Assembly: GCA_964646415.1 (NCBI GenBank) | Contig: CAZYEL010000001.1 | Location: forward strand, 394-64,393 | DNA from: an uncultured Candidatus Saccharibacteria bacterium | Lineage (GTDB): Bacteria; Patescibacteriota; Minisyncoccia; UBA6257; 2-01-FULL-56-20 | Direction of reading: 5' to 3' | DNA length: 64,000 nt | Shown: positions 38,003 through 46,748 of the stretch, in pieces | How the letters are laid out: every line of letters starts with the position of its first letter | Position numbering within the stretch: position 1 is the stretch's first letter | Translations under genes and position numbers: made by a program | The notes under the pieces: generated by a model | Database searches by the model: none | What the model saw: the letters and a program-made list of their open reading frames with translations, nothing else | Told to the model about the DNA's origin: nothing

Positions 38003-39397
38003 ATGAATCTCAAGCCCACCACAATTCAAAGAAAGCAGCTCGCGCAGCGCTGGGACATGCTCCCCATAAACCTCCGTGAGGCAATGACCGACGAGCGCAA
38101 TTCCGAAATCCTCTGGAAAGTATGCACCGACGAGCACCTCTCCGAGGAGAAAACGCGCGAAGTCGCCCGCATCGCCGCATGGGTAATGATGGGCTTCCTC
38201 CACCCTGCGGATGTCGCAAATGAAGTAAAGCTCTCCATCGGCATCCACCCCGAGCTTGCGGCGACGATTGCGAACACGCTGAACGCAAAACTCTTCGCGC
38301 CGATGCGGGAAGAGCTTGAGGGAACCTATGCTCCTCCGGGAACCGAGCCGCATTACCAGGAGCCCGCCGCAGCCGCCACGTTTGAAGACATCAGGCCCCC
38401 AGAAGCATTGGAACAAACGCTCGCGAACATCAGCAAGGGCGCTCCTGCCGAACCGTTCTTTAAAGAAACGCCCGTGTCTCTCGACTCTCTGAACGCCGGA
38501 CCTTCGGGCTCCCAAGACCAGGCCTTGTACACGCCGCCCGCGTCTCCATTTGACCTCTCCTCGTTCTCCCCCGAACCCCCTCCGGCGCCCCCCGCTCCCT
38601 CGCAAAGCTCAAACTTCTCCACTAAAGGTGGATCCGCCTCTGGCGGAGAAGCGCAAAGTTCTCCTTTCATCCTCCACGAGGAGCCCGCCGCGCCTTCGCT
38701 CCCGAACGCCGGGGATTTCTCTCTCGACATCACACCCGAAGAGTTCGGCCCCTCGCAACCGGAATTCGAGAATATCCCTCAAGCGAACATCGAAATCGGC
38801 GGTGGGGCTACCGCCCCCGCCGAAACGCGCGGACGGGACGCGGAACAACGCGGAACCGGAACACAGGAGCCTCGCACCGTCCACTACGGGGATTTGCGCA
38901 CACCGCTTTCCGCATCCACCAAGGTTGAACCTTTAGGGGATTCTCAAGGTTCAACCTTAGAAACTCTGTCCTCACCGCCAAAGGCGAGTTCTCCGGGCGA
39001 CGTATTGCGCTTCTCCGATTTTGGCAAAGAACCAGAGGTCCCGCCCGCGCCTCCCGCAAACGCACCCGAAGCGGATTTGCCTCCGCCGCCACGCAAAACT
39101 CCCTATCTCGCCAAGGAACAGAAAAAGCCGGGGTTCTTCGCGCGCTTTTTTGGGAAAAAGGAGACGAGCGCATCGCCCGCGCCCGAAGAGATATCTCTGC
39201 CGTTGCCTCCACCCCCTCCACCTTCGGCCCGCTTCACCAAAGCTTCAGCGGGGCGAGTCGCCAAAGGGACCTTCCCTACCGCCAAGCCTTTGCCTGTGAT
39301 ACCTCCATTTCCTGACATACCCCCCTCTCCGCCGCCTCAACCCTCCGCAACAAAGCCAAAGGACAATGATGTGATTGATTTAAGCTCTTTGAAGTAA
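38003..39397 (+). CDS. proline-rich acidic protein of unknown function (T4SS-like operon)
   Basis: 464 aa with a structured N-terminal ~120 aa followed by PPAPPAP/PPPPPP low-complexity sequence. Confidence 0.45.
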   Translation: MNLKPTTIQRKQLAQRWDMLPINLREAMTDERNSEILWKVCTDEHLSEEKTREVARIAAWVMMGFLHPADVANEVKLSIGIHPELAATIANTLNAKLFAPMREELEGTYAPPGTEPHYQEPAAAATFEDIRPPEALEQTLANISKGAPAEPFFKETPVSLDSLNAGPSGSQDQALYTPPASPFDLSSFSPEPPPAPPAPSQSSNFSTKGGSASGGEAQSSPFILHEEPAAPSLPNAGDFSLDITPEEFGPSQPEFENIPQANIEIGGGATAPAETRGRDAEQRGTGTQEPRTVHYGDLRTPLSASTKVEPLGDSQGSTLETLSSPPKASSPGDVLRFSDFGKEPEVPPAPPANAPEADLPPPPRKTPYLAKEQKKPGFFARFFGKKETSASPAPEEISLPLPPPPPPSARFTKASAGRVAKGTFPTAKPLPVIPPFPDIPPSPPPQPSATKPKDNDVIDLSSLK

Positions 39398-39446
39398 TTT
39401 CCAACTTCCTACTTACCGCTTAAAGCTAAAAGCTTAACGCTATCCT

Positions 39447-39959
39447 ATGCAATTCCAAATTCCCCAATTCGTGGAAACGGAAGATAAGATTGTGGGCCCC
39501 CTCACGCTCAAGCAATTCATCTACGTTGCCATCGCGGGCGGCATCTCGCTCCTTCTCTATTTCATAGTCCAGATATGGCTGTGGCTTATACTCTCCATTC
39601 CCATCATCGGAATCGGCGTCGGCTTTGCATTTATAAAAGTCGGGGGGAGGGCGCTCCCCGCGATCGCCCGAGCGGCATTCTCCTACGTGTGGAGGCCCCA
39701 AACCTACGTGTGGCAACCAGAGAAGGCTCCTGCGACAAGCGGCAAGGGGCAAGAGGCAAGAGGCGAAGAAAAATCTGCGAGGCTTTCACTCGAAGAAGTC
39801 CTTTCGGGCTTCGCGCTCCGCCGGACATGGCAAAGACTCCAAACCGGCGCCAGCAAGGTTTCCCCGGGAATTTTCCTAGGCAAGTCCCAAGACCGCTACG
39901 CCATCTACCGCAAGCGCAGCGGGGAATTGGGAGCGGCGAGAAGAGTGGATTATAGGTAA
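39447..39959 (+). CDS. small 2-TM membrane protein, VirB3/PrgI-like candidate
   Basis: 170 aa. 'MQFQIPQFVETEDKIVGPLTLKQFIYVAIAGG' is followed by two hydrophobic helices, and the gene sits directly upstream of VirB4. It contains a degenerate heptad repeat at 39732..39768. Confidence 0.35.
   Translation: MQFQIPQFVETEDKIVGPLTLKQFIYVAIAGGISLLLYFIVQIWLWLILSIPIIGIGVGFAFIKVGGRALPAIARAAFSYVWRPQTYVWQPEKAPATSGKGQEARGEEKSARLSLEEVLSGFALRRTWQRLQTGASKVSPGIFLGKSQDRYAIYRKRSGELGAARRVDYR
39732..39768. repeat. degenerate heptanucleotide repeat (GNGRCRA)5 related to the gyrA/uvrD GCGACAA repeat
   Basis: 'gcgacaa gcggcaa ggggcaa gaggcaa gaggcga ag'. Confidence 0.6.
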
Positions 39960-39967
39960 TAGGAGAA

Positions 39968-40030
39968 GCACGAAATCCGAATATCGAAATCCTAAACAAA
40001 TCCGAATGAGCCAAATTCCAAATTCCAAAG
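39968..40030. repeat. upstream inverted-repeat arm of four-helix-bundle gene cassette (TTGGAATTT family)
   Basis: 'gcacgaaatccgaatatcgaaatcctaaacaaatccgaatgagccaaattccaaattccaaagg'. Shares the 'aatatcgaa ...(23-24 nt)... aaattccaa' layout with the reverse complement of 40381..40452 and an 18-mer with 20824..20940. Confidence 0.65.
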
Positions 40031-40380
40031 GGAAAACGTACGACCTCGAAGAGCGGGCGCTTCTGTTCACCAAACGAACAGCCCGATATGTAAATAAACT
40101 TCCGAAGACCATACCGAACGTAGAAAGCGGCAAGCAGCCTATGAGAGCTAGCGGTTCCGTCGGGGCAAACTACATTGAAGCGAATGAGTGTTTGGGCAAG
40201 AAAGACTTTGCAATGAAGATCAAAACATCAAAAAAGGAGGCGAAGGAAGCTAGATACTGGCTCGCAATCACCGAACCTGCGCCCGAGGAAGAAAAAGAGA
40301 AAGAGGCGCTTTCTCAAGAAGCTACAGAACTCATGAAGATCTTCGGGTCAATTCTCGAAAAGACGAAATGGGCGGTATAA
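40006..40380 (+). CDS. four-helix-bundle protein (23S rRNA intervening-sequence protein / TIGR02436 / Avd-like family)
   Basis: 124 aa. 'YDLEERALLFTKRTARYVNKLP...ASGSVGANYIEANE...SKKEAKEARYWL' matches the family signature. Confidence 0.6.
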   Translation: MSQIPNSKGKTYDLEERALLFTKRTARYVNKLPKTIPNVESGKQPMRASGSVGANYIEANECLGKKDFAMKIKTSKKEAKEARYWLAITEPAPEEEKEKEALSQEATELMKIFGSILEKTKWAV

Positions 40381-40452
40381 TGGGCTTGAAACTTCGTGCT
40401 TGGAATTTAGTAATTGTTTCGTGTTTTGATATTCGATATTAGAAATTTTCAC
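40381..40452. repeat. downstream inverted-repeat arm of the four-helix-bundle gene cassette
   Basis: 'tgggcttgaaacttcgtgcttggaatttagtaattgtttcgtgttttgatattcgatattagaaattttcacg'. Confidence 0.6.
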
Positions 40453-40455
40453 GCT

Positions 40456-41127
40456 ATGCCCAAAGAATTCGCCAACGCACAAGACCTCGTCGCGGTAAAA
40501 GAAATCCGGGAGGGGACGCTGCTCCTCAAAGACGGCAGTTTCCGGCAGGTACTTATGGTAAACGGCGTCAATTTCGCGCTGCGCTCGGAAGTGGAACAGA
40601 ACACCATCACCGCTTCCTACCAGAATTTTTTGAACACGCTCGATTTCCCGCTCCAGATTATCATCCATTCCCGCAAAATAAACATTGATAAATACCTTGA
40701 AAAACTCGCCGCGTGCGAGCAAGCGGAATCCACGCCAATCCTCCGCAGCCAGAATGCGGAATACCGGGAGTTTATCAGGGGGTTCGTGGAAAAAAACGCC
40801 ATTATGGAAAAAATATTTTTTGCGGTTGTCCCTTGGGTAACCGTATCTCTTCCCACCACGAAAAGCCTTATGCGGTTCATTCCGTTCCTGGGGCGGAGCA
40901 AAACCGCCGATGATGCCGAGGCAAAAGAGAAAGAAGAGTCATTTGAGGAATCCCTGGAGCAGCTCAAGCAGCGCGTTTCCCAAGTCGTTGAAGGGCTCGC
41001 CTCCGTCGGCCTTGAAGCAGTTCCCCTCGGCAACCGGGAGCTCGCCGAGATGCTCTATAACTTTTACAATCCCGAGTCCGTCGAGCGGGAAAATATCAAT
41101 TTGCCCGCCGAAGGCGCAAAGAACTAG
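40456..41127 (+). CDS. VirB4/TrbE-family N-terminal domain (separate ORF ending at in-frame TAG)
   Basis: 'LLKDGSFRQVLMVNGVNFALRSEVEQNTITASYQNFLNTLDFPLQIIIHSRK' aligns with the VirB4 N-terminus 'LLEDGSIMSIARIDGVAFELEE...RAFNTLFRNI...'. It is in the same frame as the 41140 ORF. Confidence 0.55.
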   Translation: MPKEFANAQDLVAVKEIREGTLLLKDGSFRQVLMVNGVNFALRSEVEQNTITASYQNFLNTLDFPLQIIIHSRKINIDKYLEKLAACEQAESTPILRSQNAEYREFIRGFVEKNAIMEKIFFAVVPWVTVSLPTTKSLMRFIPFLGRSKTADDAEAKEKEESFEESLEQLKQRVSQVVEGLASVGLEAVPLGNRELAEMLYNFYNPESVERENINLPAEGAKN

Positions 41128-41139
41128 AAATATATTTCT

Positions 41140-42873
41140 ATGTCAGACCCCGGAATTCCCGACATCTCAAAAATCATAGCCCCCGCAGGCGCGGAAGTGA
41201 CTCCAAACTATCTGAAGTTGGGCAACAAGCTCGCGAAAACATTCTTTGTGCTTTCCTACCCGCGCTATCTCACAACCGGATGGTTTGAGCCAATCGTAAA
41301 CTTGCCCAGCCTTCTCGATGTTTCCATTTTCATCAACCCCATGGACACGGGGGATGCCCTGAAAAATCTCCGGAAAAAGGCGGCGCAGCTTGAATCGCAA
41401 ATCTCGGACACGGAGGAAAAGGGGCTCGTCCGCGACCCGCTCCTTGAAACCGCCCTGCGCGATGTGGAATCCCTACGCGACACGCTCCAACAATCGGAAG
41501 AGAAACTCTTCAACGTCGCGCTCTATATCGCAATTTACGCCGATACCCCCGATGAACTCGCCCGGCTCGAGGGGCAAATCATTTCGCTCATGGAAGCAAA
41601 GCTGGTTTATATCAAGCCTGCGCTCTTTGAACAACTTGAAGCGTTGCTCTCCGTGTTCCCCTTCGGGAACGACCGCATCCGCATCGGCACCTCGATGAAC
41701 TCGAGTCCCATTTCCTCATTCTTCCCGTTTGTGTCCGAAGACCTCACCTCAAACGAAGGAATTATGTACGGCATCAACCGCCACAACAACAGTCTTGTCG
41801 TCTTCGACAGGTTTTCGCTTGAGAACGCAAATCAGGTAGTATTCGCCAAATCGGGTTCCGGAAAATCATACTCCACGAAACTCGAAATCATCAGGTCGCT
41901 CATGGTGGGCACCGAAATCATCGTGATTGACCCGGAGAATGAATACCAGCGGCTCGCCGAAGCTTTGGGCGGAAGCTTCTTCAATATTTCGCTTTCATCC
42001 GAGGAGCACATCAACCCCTTCGACATCCCCATCATCCCGGATGGAGAATCGCCTTCGGACATTCTCCGGTCGCACATCGTGAACCTCGCAAGTCTGGTGA
42101 AACTCATGCTCGGGAAAATCACGCCCGAGGAAGATTCGCTCCTCGACCGCGCGATTACCGAAACCTACGCCTCGCGCGAGATTGTGGCGGGAGAAGATTT
42201 CTCCGGCAAAGAAGCCCCGCTTCTTGAGGACCTTGAAACCGTGCTCCGGAACCTTGAGGGCGGCCGCGCGATGGCGGAGCGCCTTTATAAATACACGAAG
42301 GGTTCCTTCGCGGGATTCGTGGACCAACACACCAACATCGACATCAACAACCGCTTCATTGTCTTTTCCATCCGCGACCTCGAAGAAGAGCTTCGCCCCA
42401 TCGCGATGTTCGTCATTCTAAACTTCATCTGGAATCTTATCCGCGCACGCCTCAAGCGCCGCGTTCTCATCATTGATGAGGCGTGGATTATGATGAAAAA
42501 CGAGGATTCCGCCACCTTCCTCTTCGGACTTGTGAAACGCGCCAGAAAATATTATCTCGGCGTCTCCACCATCACGCAGGACGTCGAGGACTTCCTCCGC
42601 TCCCCGTACGGCAGGCCCATTATTACCAACTCTTCGCTTCAGTTGCTCCTTAAACAAGCACCCGCTACGATTGACGTCGTTGCAAAAGCGTTTGACCTCA
42701 CTGAAGCGGAGAAAGGGCTCCTCCTCGGCGCCGAAGTGGGCATGGGGCTTTTCTTCGCCGGGAAAAAGCATGTGGCAATCCAGATTGTCGCATCCTATTT
42801 CGAAGACCAGATCGTTACCACCAATCCTCAAGCGCTTCTCAACGAGAAAAGCGAGAAAGAAGGAGCGAAATAA
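41140..42873 (+). CDS. virB4: VirB4/TrbE/CagE-family T4SS ATPase (C-terminal ATPase portion)
   Basis: Walker A 'VFAKSGSGKSYSTKLEI', Walker B 'RRVLIIDEAWIMM' and the motif 'GVSTITQD'. Confidence 0.85.
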   Translation: MSDPGIPDISKIIAPAGAEVTPNYLKLGNKLAKTFFVLSYPRYLTTGWFEPIVNLPSLLDVSIFINPMDTGDALKNLRKKAAQLESQISDTEEKGLVRDPLLETALRDVESLRDTLQQSEEKLFNVALYIAIYADTPDELARLEGQIISLMEAKLVYIKPALFEQLEALLSVFPFGNDRIRIGTSMNSSPISSFFPFVSEDLTSNEGIMYGINRHNNSLVVFDRFSLENANQVVFAKSGSGKSYSTKLEIIRSLMVGTEIIVIDPENEYQRLAEALGGSFFNISLSSEEHINPFDIPIIPDGESPSDILRSHIVNLASLVKLMLGKITPEEDSLLDRAITETYASREIVAGEDFSGKEAPLLEDLETVLRNLEGGRAMAERLYKYTKGSFAGFVDQHTNIDINNRFIVFSIRDLEEELRPIAMFVILNFIWNLIRARLKRRVLIIDEAWIMMKNEDSATFLFGLVKRARKYYLGVSTITQDVEDFLRSPYGRPIITNSSLQLLLKQAPATIDVVAKAFDLTEAEKGLLLGAEVGMGLFFAGKKHVAIQIVASYFEDQIVTTNPQALLNEKSEKEGAK

Positions 42874-43650
42874 ATGGATGAAGAAGAGGGAAAACACAGC
42901 AAGATAGATTATTTCGGTCCGGGGATTGTTATGGCGTTTATCGCTGCGTTCGCGGGAGACCTTTTCTGGCTTCTGGTAATCGGGGCGTTCATCCCCCCGC
43001 CGCCTATAGGGCTCACGTTTCTTGCAGCAGGACTCCTCGCCCACTACCTCGCAGGGATGATGGTGGGCGGGTTCATTTTCTTTGAGTTGAAGCATTTCGT
43101 GCCTAAGGCTATTTTAGGAGCCGCGATACTTTTACCATTGCCGTTGCTTATGGTGGGTATGGGCATTGCGCTTATTGCCCAAAACCGGATTATAGAGATC
43201 CTGCTCATCCAAGCAGGGACGAAGCTGCTTGAGGCGGGTCTTGCCGCAACGGGTGTGGGGGCACTCGCGGCGGGAGCGGTTGAAGTGGCGGCGGACGCGA
43301 AAACCGTGCAGACTGTCGCCAGAGGCGCCAAAGCAGCCACCACAGTAGGGAAGGGTGGTCGTGCTGCAGAAACAACGGCGCAACGGGCAAAGCGCATCGC
43401 AAACCGCCTACAGCGGTACGCACCACAAGGTGGAGGAGGGGAGGAGGGATATGAAGACGAAGAGGAGGATGAGGGAGATGTGCCGGAAGAAGCATTTGGG
43501 GTGCAGAGAGGGCCCGTCGAAGAGCTCCAACAATCAACCATGGAAGAACTCCCACAAGTCGAAGAGGAACCAAAAGAAAGCGACGAGTCGGGAGAGGAAG
43601 AAAAAAAGCCCCCGCGGCTTGAGGACATACGCAAACCGGATAGTTTATAA
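42874..43650 (+). CDS. polytopic membrane protein with acidic C-terminal tail (T4SS-like operon)
   Basis: 258 aa with 4 predicted TM helices followed by an E/D-rich tail. Its start overlaps the virB4 stop (TAAATG). Confidence 0.45.
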   Translation: MDEEEGKHSKIDYFGPGIVMAFIAAFAGDLFWLLVIGAFIPPPPIGLTFLAAGLLAHYLAGMMVGGFIFFELKHFVPKAILGAAILLPLPLLMVGMGIALIAQNRIIEILLIQAGTKLLEAGLAATGVGALAAGAVEVAADAKTVQTVARGAKAATTVGKGGRAAETTAQRAKRIANRLQRYAPQGGGGEEGYEDEEEDEGDVPEEAFGVQRGPVEELQQSTMEELPQVEEEPKESDESGEEEKKPPRLEDIRKPDSL

Positions 43651-43657
43651 TTACTTT

Positions 43658-44377
43658 ATGGCGCGAATTTCTAAAAAAGCAGTGCGTGGGGCACTCGCCG
43701 TCGTAATACTCGGGGTGGGATACGGGTGGGCACTGTTGCTCGCACATGCCGCCACGCCGCCGCAGATAGTCATAAGCTGGCGCGCAGATACCTACACTCC
43801 TCCGGGCTATGCGGGTAAGGCGCTCCCCACCTCAAACTCCGTAATCGCGGCGTCTTTGGATATCCTTGCAAACAACAAGGGCACCGACCTTTCGGGGCAG
43901 CTTATCTATTGGTACGTAAACAACCGCCTTGCGGGAAGCGGGAAGGGGAGAACTTCAATAACATTCCGCGCACCTTCTGCCGCGCCGGACACTCTTGCGC
44001 TCCGCGTAGAAGTGCCTGGATACCCTGGTGGCGCCATAATCAAATCAATCAATATCCCCGTGGTGGTCCCCGAATCGGTGATTGTCGCTCCGCTCCCGCT
44101 CTTGCGCTTCACCCCGCCCTCCACAACGCTCACGGGGGCTCCTTACTTTTTTAATGTGCGCGACCCCCTCCTCCTCAAATTCGAGTGGGGAGCGAACTAC
44201 ACAGCCCTGCCTGCCGGACAAACCGATAACGCGCCGAAAGGCGACCCGCGCGTGCTCACACTCAACCTCAATCCCGACGCGCCCAAAGGCGCGCCGGTGC
44301 GCGTAACGCTCGGCATTACCAACCCATTAAGAGAGGCCGAGGGGGCACAATCATTTATTACGCTCACAACCCAATGA
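43658..44377 (+). CDS. secreted protein of unknown function (T4SS-like operon)
   Basis: 239 aa with a signal peptide 'AVRGALAVVILGVGYGWALLLAHAA'. Its stop overlaps the next start (ATGA). Confidence 0.45.
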   Translation: MARISKKAVRGALAVVILGVGYGWALLLAHAATPPQIVISWRADTYTPPGYAGKALPTSNSVIAASLDILANNKGTDLSGQLIYWYVNNRLAGSGKGRTSITFRAPSAAPDTLALRVEVPGYPGGAIIKSINIPVVVPESVIVAPLPLLRFTPPSTTLTGAPYFFNVRDPLLLKFEWGANYTALPAGQTDNAPKGDPRVLTLNLNPDAPKGAPVRVTLGITNPLREAEGAQSFITLTTQ

Positions 44378-45441
44378 TGCGGCGCATGCTCAATGCCATC
44401 TCGGCCATTCTGGGCTTCTGCCTCACGAGCGGAGTTGTCTTCGCAGTCACCATAAACACCAATCTCCCCGGCACCAATCCCACCGTAAACAACCCGGGCG
44501 GCTGGGTTGCCAACTTCTACCAATTCGCCCTTCTCCTCGGAGGACTCCTCGCCTTCGGCGCGATTGTCTACGGAGGAATGACGTATACGCTCTCGGCGGG
44601 GAATCCCGAAAAGCAGAGTGATGCGAAAAGCAGGATTACGCAGGCGCTCCTCGGGCTCACGCTCCTCCTCGGCGCCTACATCGTATTGAATTTCTTGAAT
44701 CCCAAACTCACCAATCTCCAGATTGACACGTACGGGCTCACGGCGGCCTGCCAGGGGACTTCGTGTGAAAACCCAGTTCCCCTCGACAAAGACGCTATGC
44801 AAAAAGCGCTGGATGCGGGCCTTGATACATACCTTGCGGAACGCGCCGAACAAGTCCGGGGAAAGGCCGCGGATCTCGACGCAGATGCAGATGAGTTAGA
44901 GGCAGAGGCGGACTTCGCCGCGACCTCGGTAGAAAGCGATGTCCTCATTGAAATGGCGAACGAACGGCGAGCACGGGCGGAACTCATGCGCCGGGAAGAA
45001 AGCGTCAGCGAATATTTTTACAAGACCACGGCAGCGGAGCAGACCAACAATGTAGAGGAAATAAAAAGACTCACAGGAGTGATGAACGCCTCTCTCGACT
45101 CAGGCATACAAGAGTTGAAAAGACTAGGGGACAATGCGGGAGCAGAGACGCTCGCGATCAAAAAATTCACCCACAACGTTTACTTTGACGCCCAGAAAGC
45201 TGCTGCCACAGTGCAGGCAGCCTTCCCAAATAAAGCCGGCCCTTTTGATACTATTGATACTGCAAAAGCTCGGGAGGCAGCGACTAATGCCGTAAAAGAC
45301 ATCGGGAAAAGAGTGCGAGAAGAGGCCAAAAGACTTGGGAATAACGTCCAAGACCCGAGTGTCAGCGAAGTATTTCGGTGGGGCGCGGCGGCAACTGAAA
45401 AGATACGGGACGCATGCGCCGCTAAAAATATTAAGTGCTGA
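44374..45441 (+). CDS. pilin-like (VirB2/TrbC-like N-terminus) protein with long coiled-coil C-terminal domain
   Basis: A signal peptide followed by two hydrophobic helices ('FYQFALLLGGLLAFGAIVYGG', 'ALLGLTLLLGAYIVLNFL'), as in T4SS pilins. The C-terminal 240 aa are a charged coiled-coil. Confidence 0.35.
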   Translation: MMRRMLNAISAILGFCLTSGVVFAVTINTNLPGTNPTVNNPGGWVANFYQFALLLGGLLAFGAIVYGGMTYTLSAGNPEKQSDAKSRITQALLGLTLLLGAYIVLNFLNPKLTNLQIDTYGLTAACQGTSCENPVPLDKDAMQKALDAGLDTYLAERAEQVRGKAADLDADADELEAEADFAATSVESDVLIEMANERRARAELMRREESVSEYFYKTTAAEQTNNVEEIKRLTGVMNASLDSGIQELKRLGDNAGAETLAIKKFTHNVYFDAQKAAATVQAAFPNKAGPFDTIDTAKAREAATNAVKDIGKRVREEAKRLGNNVQDPSVSEVFRWGAAATEKIRDACAAKNIKC

Positions 45442-45454
45442 AGCTGCTACTACG

Positions 45455-46684
45455 ATGAAACGTTTTCTCTACCTCTTCATTATCCTCGCGGCCATCGGCC
45501 TCGTGGTCGCCGCCGGGTTTTTTCTGCAGTACCGCAGCGAGCCCGCCCCGCAGCAACCGGAGGCGCAGCCCGCGGGGGATACTCTCCCCATAGCGCCCTC
45601 CCCATCATTTGAAGCTCCGCCCGCCGCACAAGACGAGCCCGCCGCCACAAACCTTCCCGAACCCGTCTTTCTTGGCAATGGCCTGCGCGTCCTCTCGCCG
45701 CGCCCAACATACGCCTTCGCAGTCCGCACGGACGGCAGCTTGCTCCTCGCGAGCCCCGACGGCACCATTTCCGAGTTGCGGGGCGCCACGCTCAATACGC
45801 TGAGCCCCACCGTCATCGCGGATATCCAAACAATCTCCTTCTCATTCGATGCATCCAAAATCCTCGCCGTCTTCGGCGACCGGAGCGAGCCCCAAGTCGC
45901 TCTCTTTGATGTGAAGTCAAAAACATGGCAACCGTTTCCCGCCGCCGCAACAAGCGCCGCGTGGTCCCCGAACGACCTCCGCGTGGCATATCTTTCGCAA
46001 AAAAGCGGGGCGGTGTCGCTCAACACTTTGAACATCGCCGACGCCAAAGCGAAGCCCCAGGAGCTCACTCGCGTTCGCTTCGCCGACGTGACCCTCGCGT
46101 GGAACAACCCTGACCAGATTCTCCTTCAGGAACGCGCAAGCGGCTTGGTGCCGACCTCGGCGTGGAACTGGGATACTAAGAAGAAAGCTCTCGTTTTGTT
46201 TGCCGAGGACCAGCGCGGTTTCGAAACCCGATGGGCTCCGGGCGCGGCGAATGGCCTTGCGTTCGTCGCGGGGGAGAGAGGCTATGGAGGCTCCTTCCTC
46301 CTCGTTTCACCCCAAGGGGACGTGCGCGAAACTTTCTCTTTCCTCACTTTCCCAGAAAAATGCGCGTTTGGCAGTATGCCGATACCCGCAGAATTGCGCT
46401 CCTCAAGCACCCCTTCGGGCGCAACGATTATAAATTCATTACGCTGCGCAGTCCCCCGAGACAGCACCGCGCTTGCGTCGGTAATTCTTCCTGATACCTA
46501 CCGCAAACGCGCCATATTTACCGTCGACGACTTCTATGAAATCGACCTTGCGACCGGCGCCACCCGCACCATACTTGCGGACCCCGGGCAAACCCTCGAC
46601 GCAATGAAGGTTGCCGCATCCGGCGACATGCTCTACTTCGTAAACCGCTACGACCAAAAGCTTTACTCGCTCCAAATAAAATAA
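45455..46684 (+). CDS. secreted beta-rich protein of unknown function (last gene of T4SS-like operon)
   Basis: 410 aa with a signal peptide/TM 'FLYLFIILAAIGLVVAAGFF', a Pro-rich linker and a repetitive beta-strand-like C-terminus. Confidence 0.4.
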   Translation: MKRFLYLFIILAAIGLVVAAGFFLQYRSEPAPQQPEAQPAGDTLPIAPSPSFEAPPAAQDEPAATNLPEPVFLGNGLRVLSPRPTYAFAVRTDGSLLLASPDGTISELRGATLNTLSPTVIADIQTISFSFDASKILAVFGDRSEPQVALFDVKSKTWQPFPAAATSAAWSPNDLRVAYLSQKSGAVSLNTLNIADAKAKPQELTRVRFADVTLAWNNPDQILLQERASGLVPTSAWNWDTKKKALVLFAEDQRGFETRWAPGAANGLAFVAGERGYGGSFLLVSPQGDVRETFSFLTFPEKCAFGSMPIPAELRSSSTPSGATIINSLRCAVPRDSTALASVILPDTYRKRAIFTVDDFYEIDLATGATRTILADPGQTLDAMKVAASGDMLYFVNRYDQKLYSLQIK

Positions 46685-46748
46685 GGAGCGGCGCGAATAT
46701 GGGTTTATAGCGCGAACCCACTCGCATTATTTGCGGCTATTCGCGATA

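Noticed and set aside
41125-41127. TAG codon reassignment (as in some phages) as the explanation for the in-frame TAG in VirB4
   Set aside because: TAG is used as the terminator of ftsH (17196-17198), uvrD (30454-30456) and glyA (12047-12049), all of which end at the expected protein C-termini.
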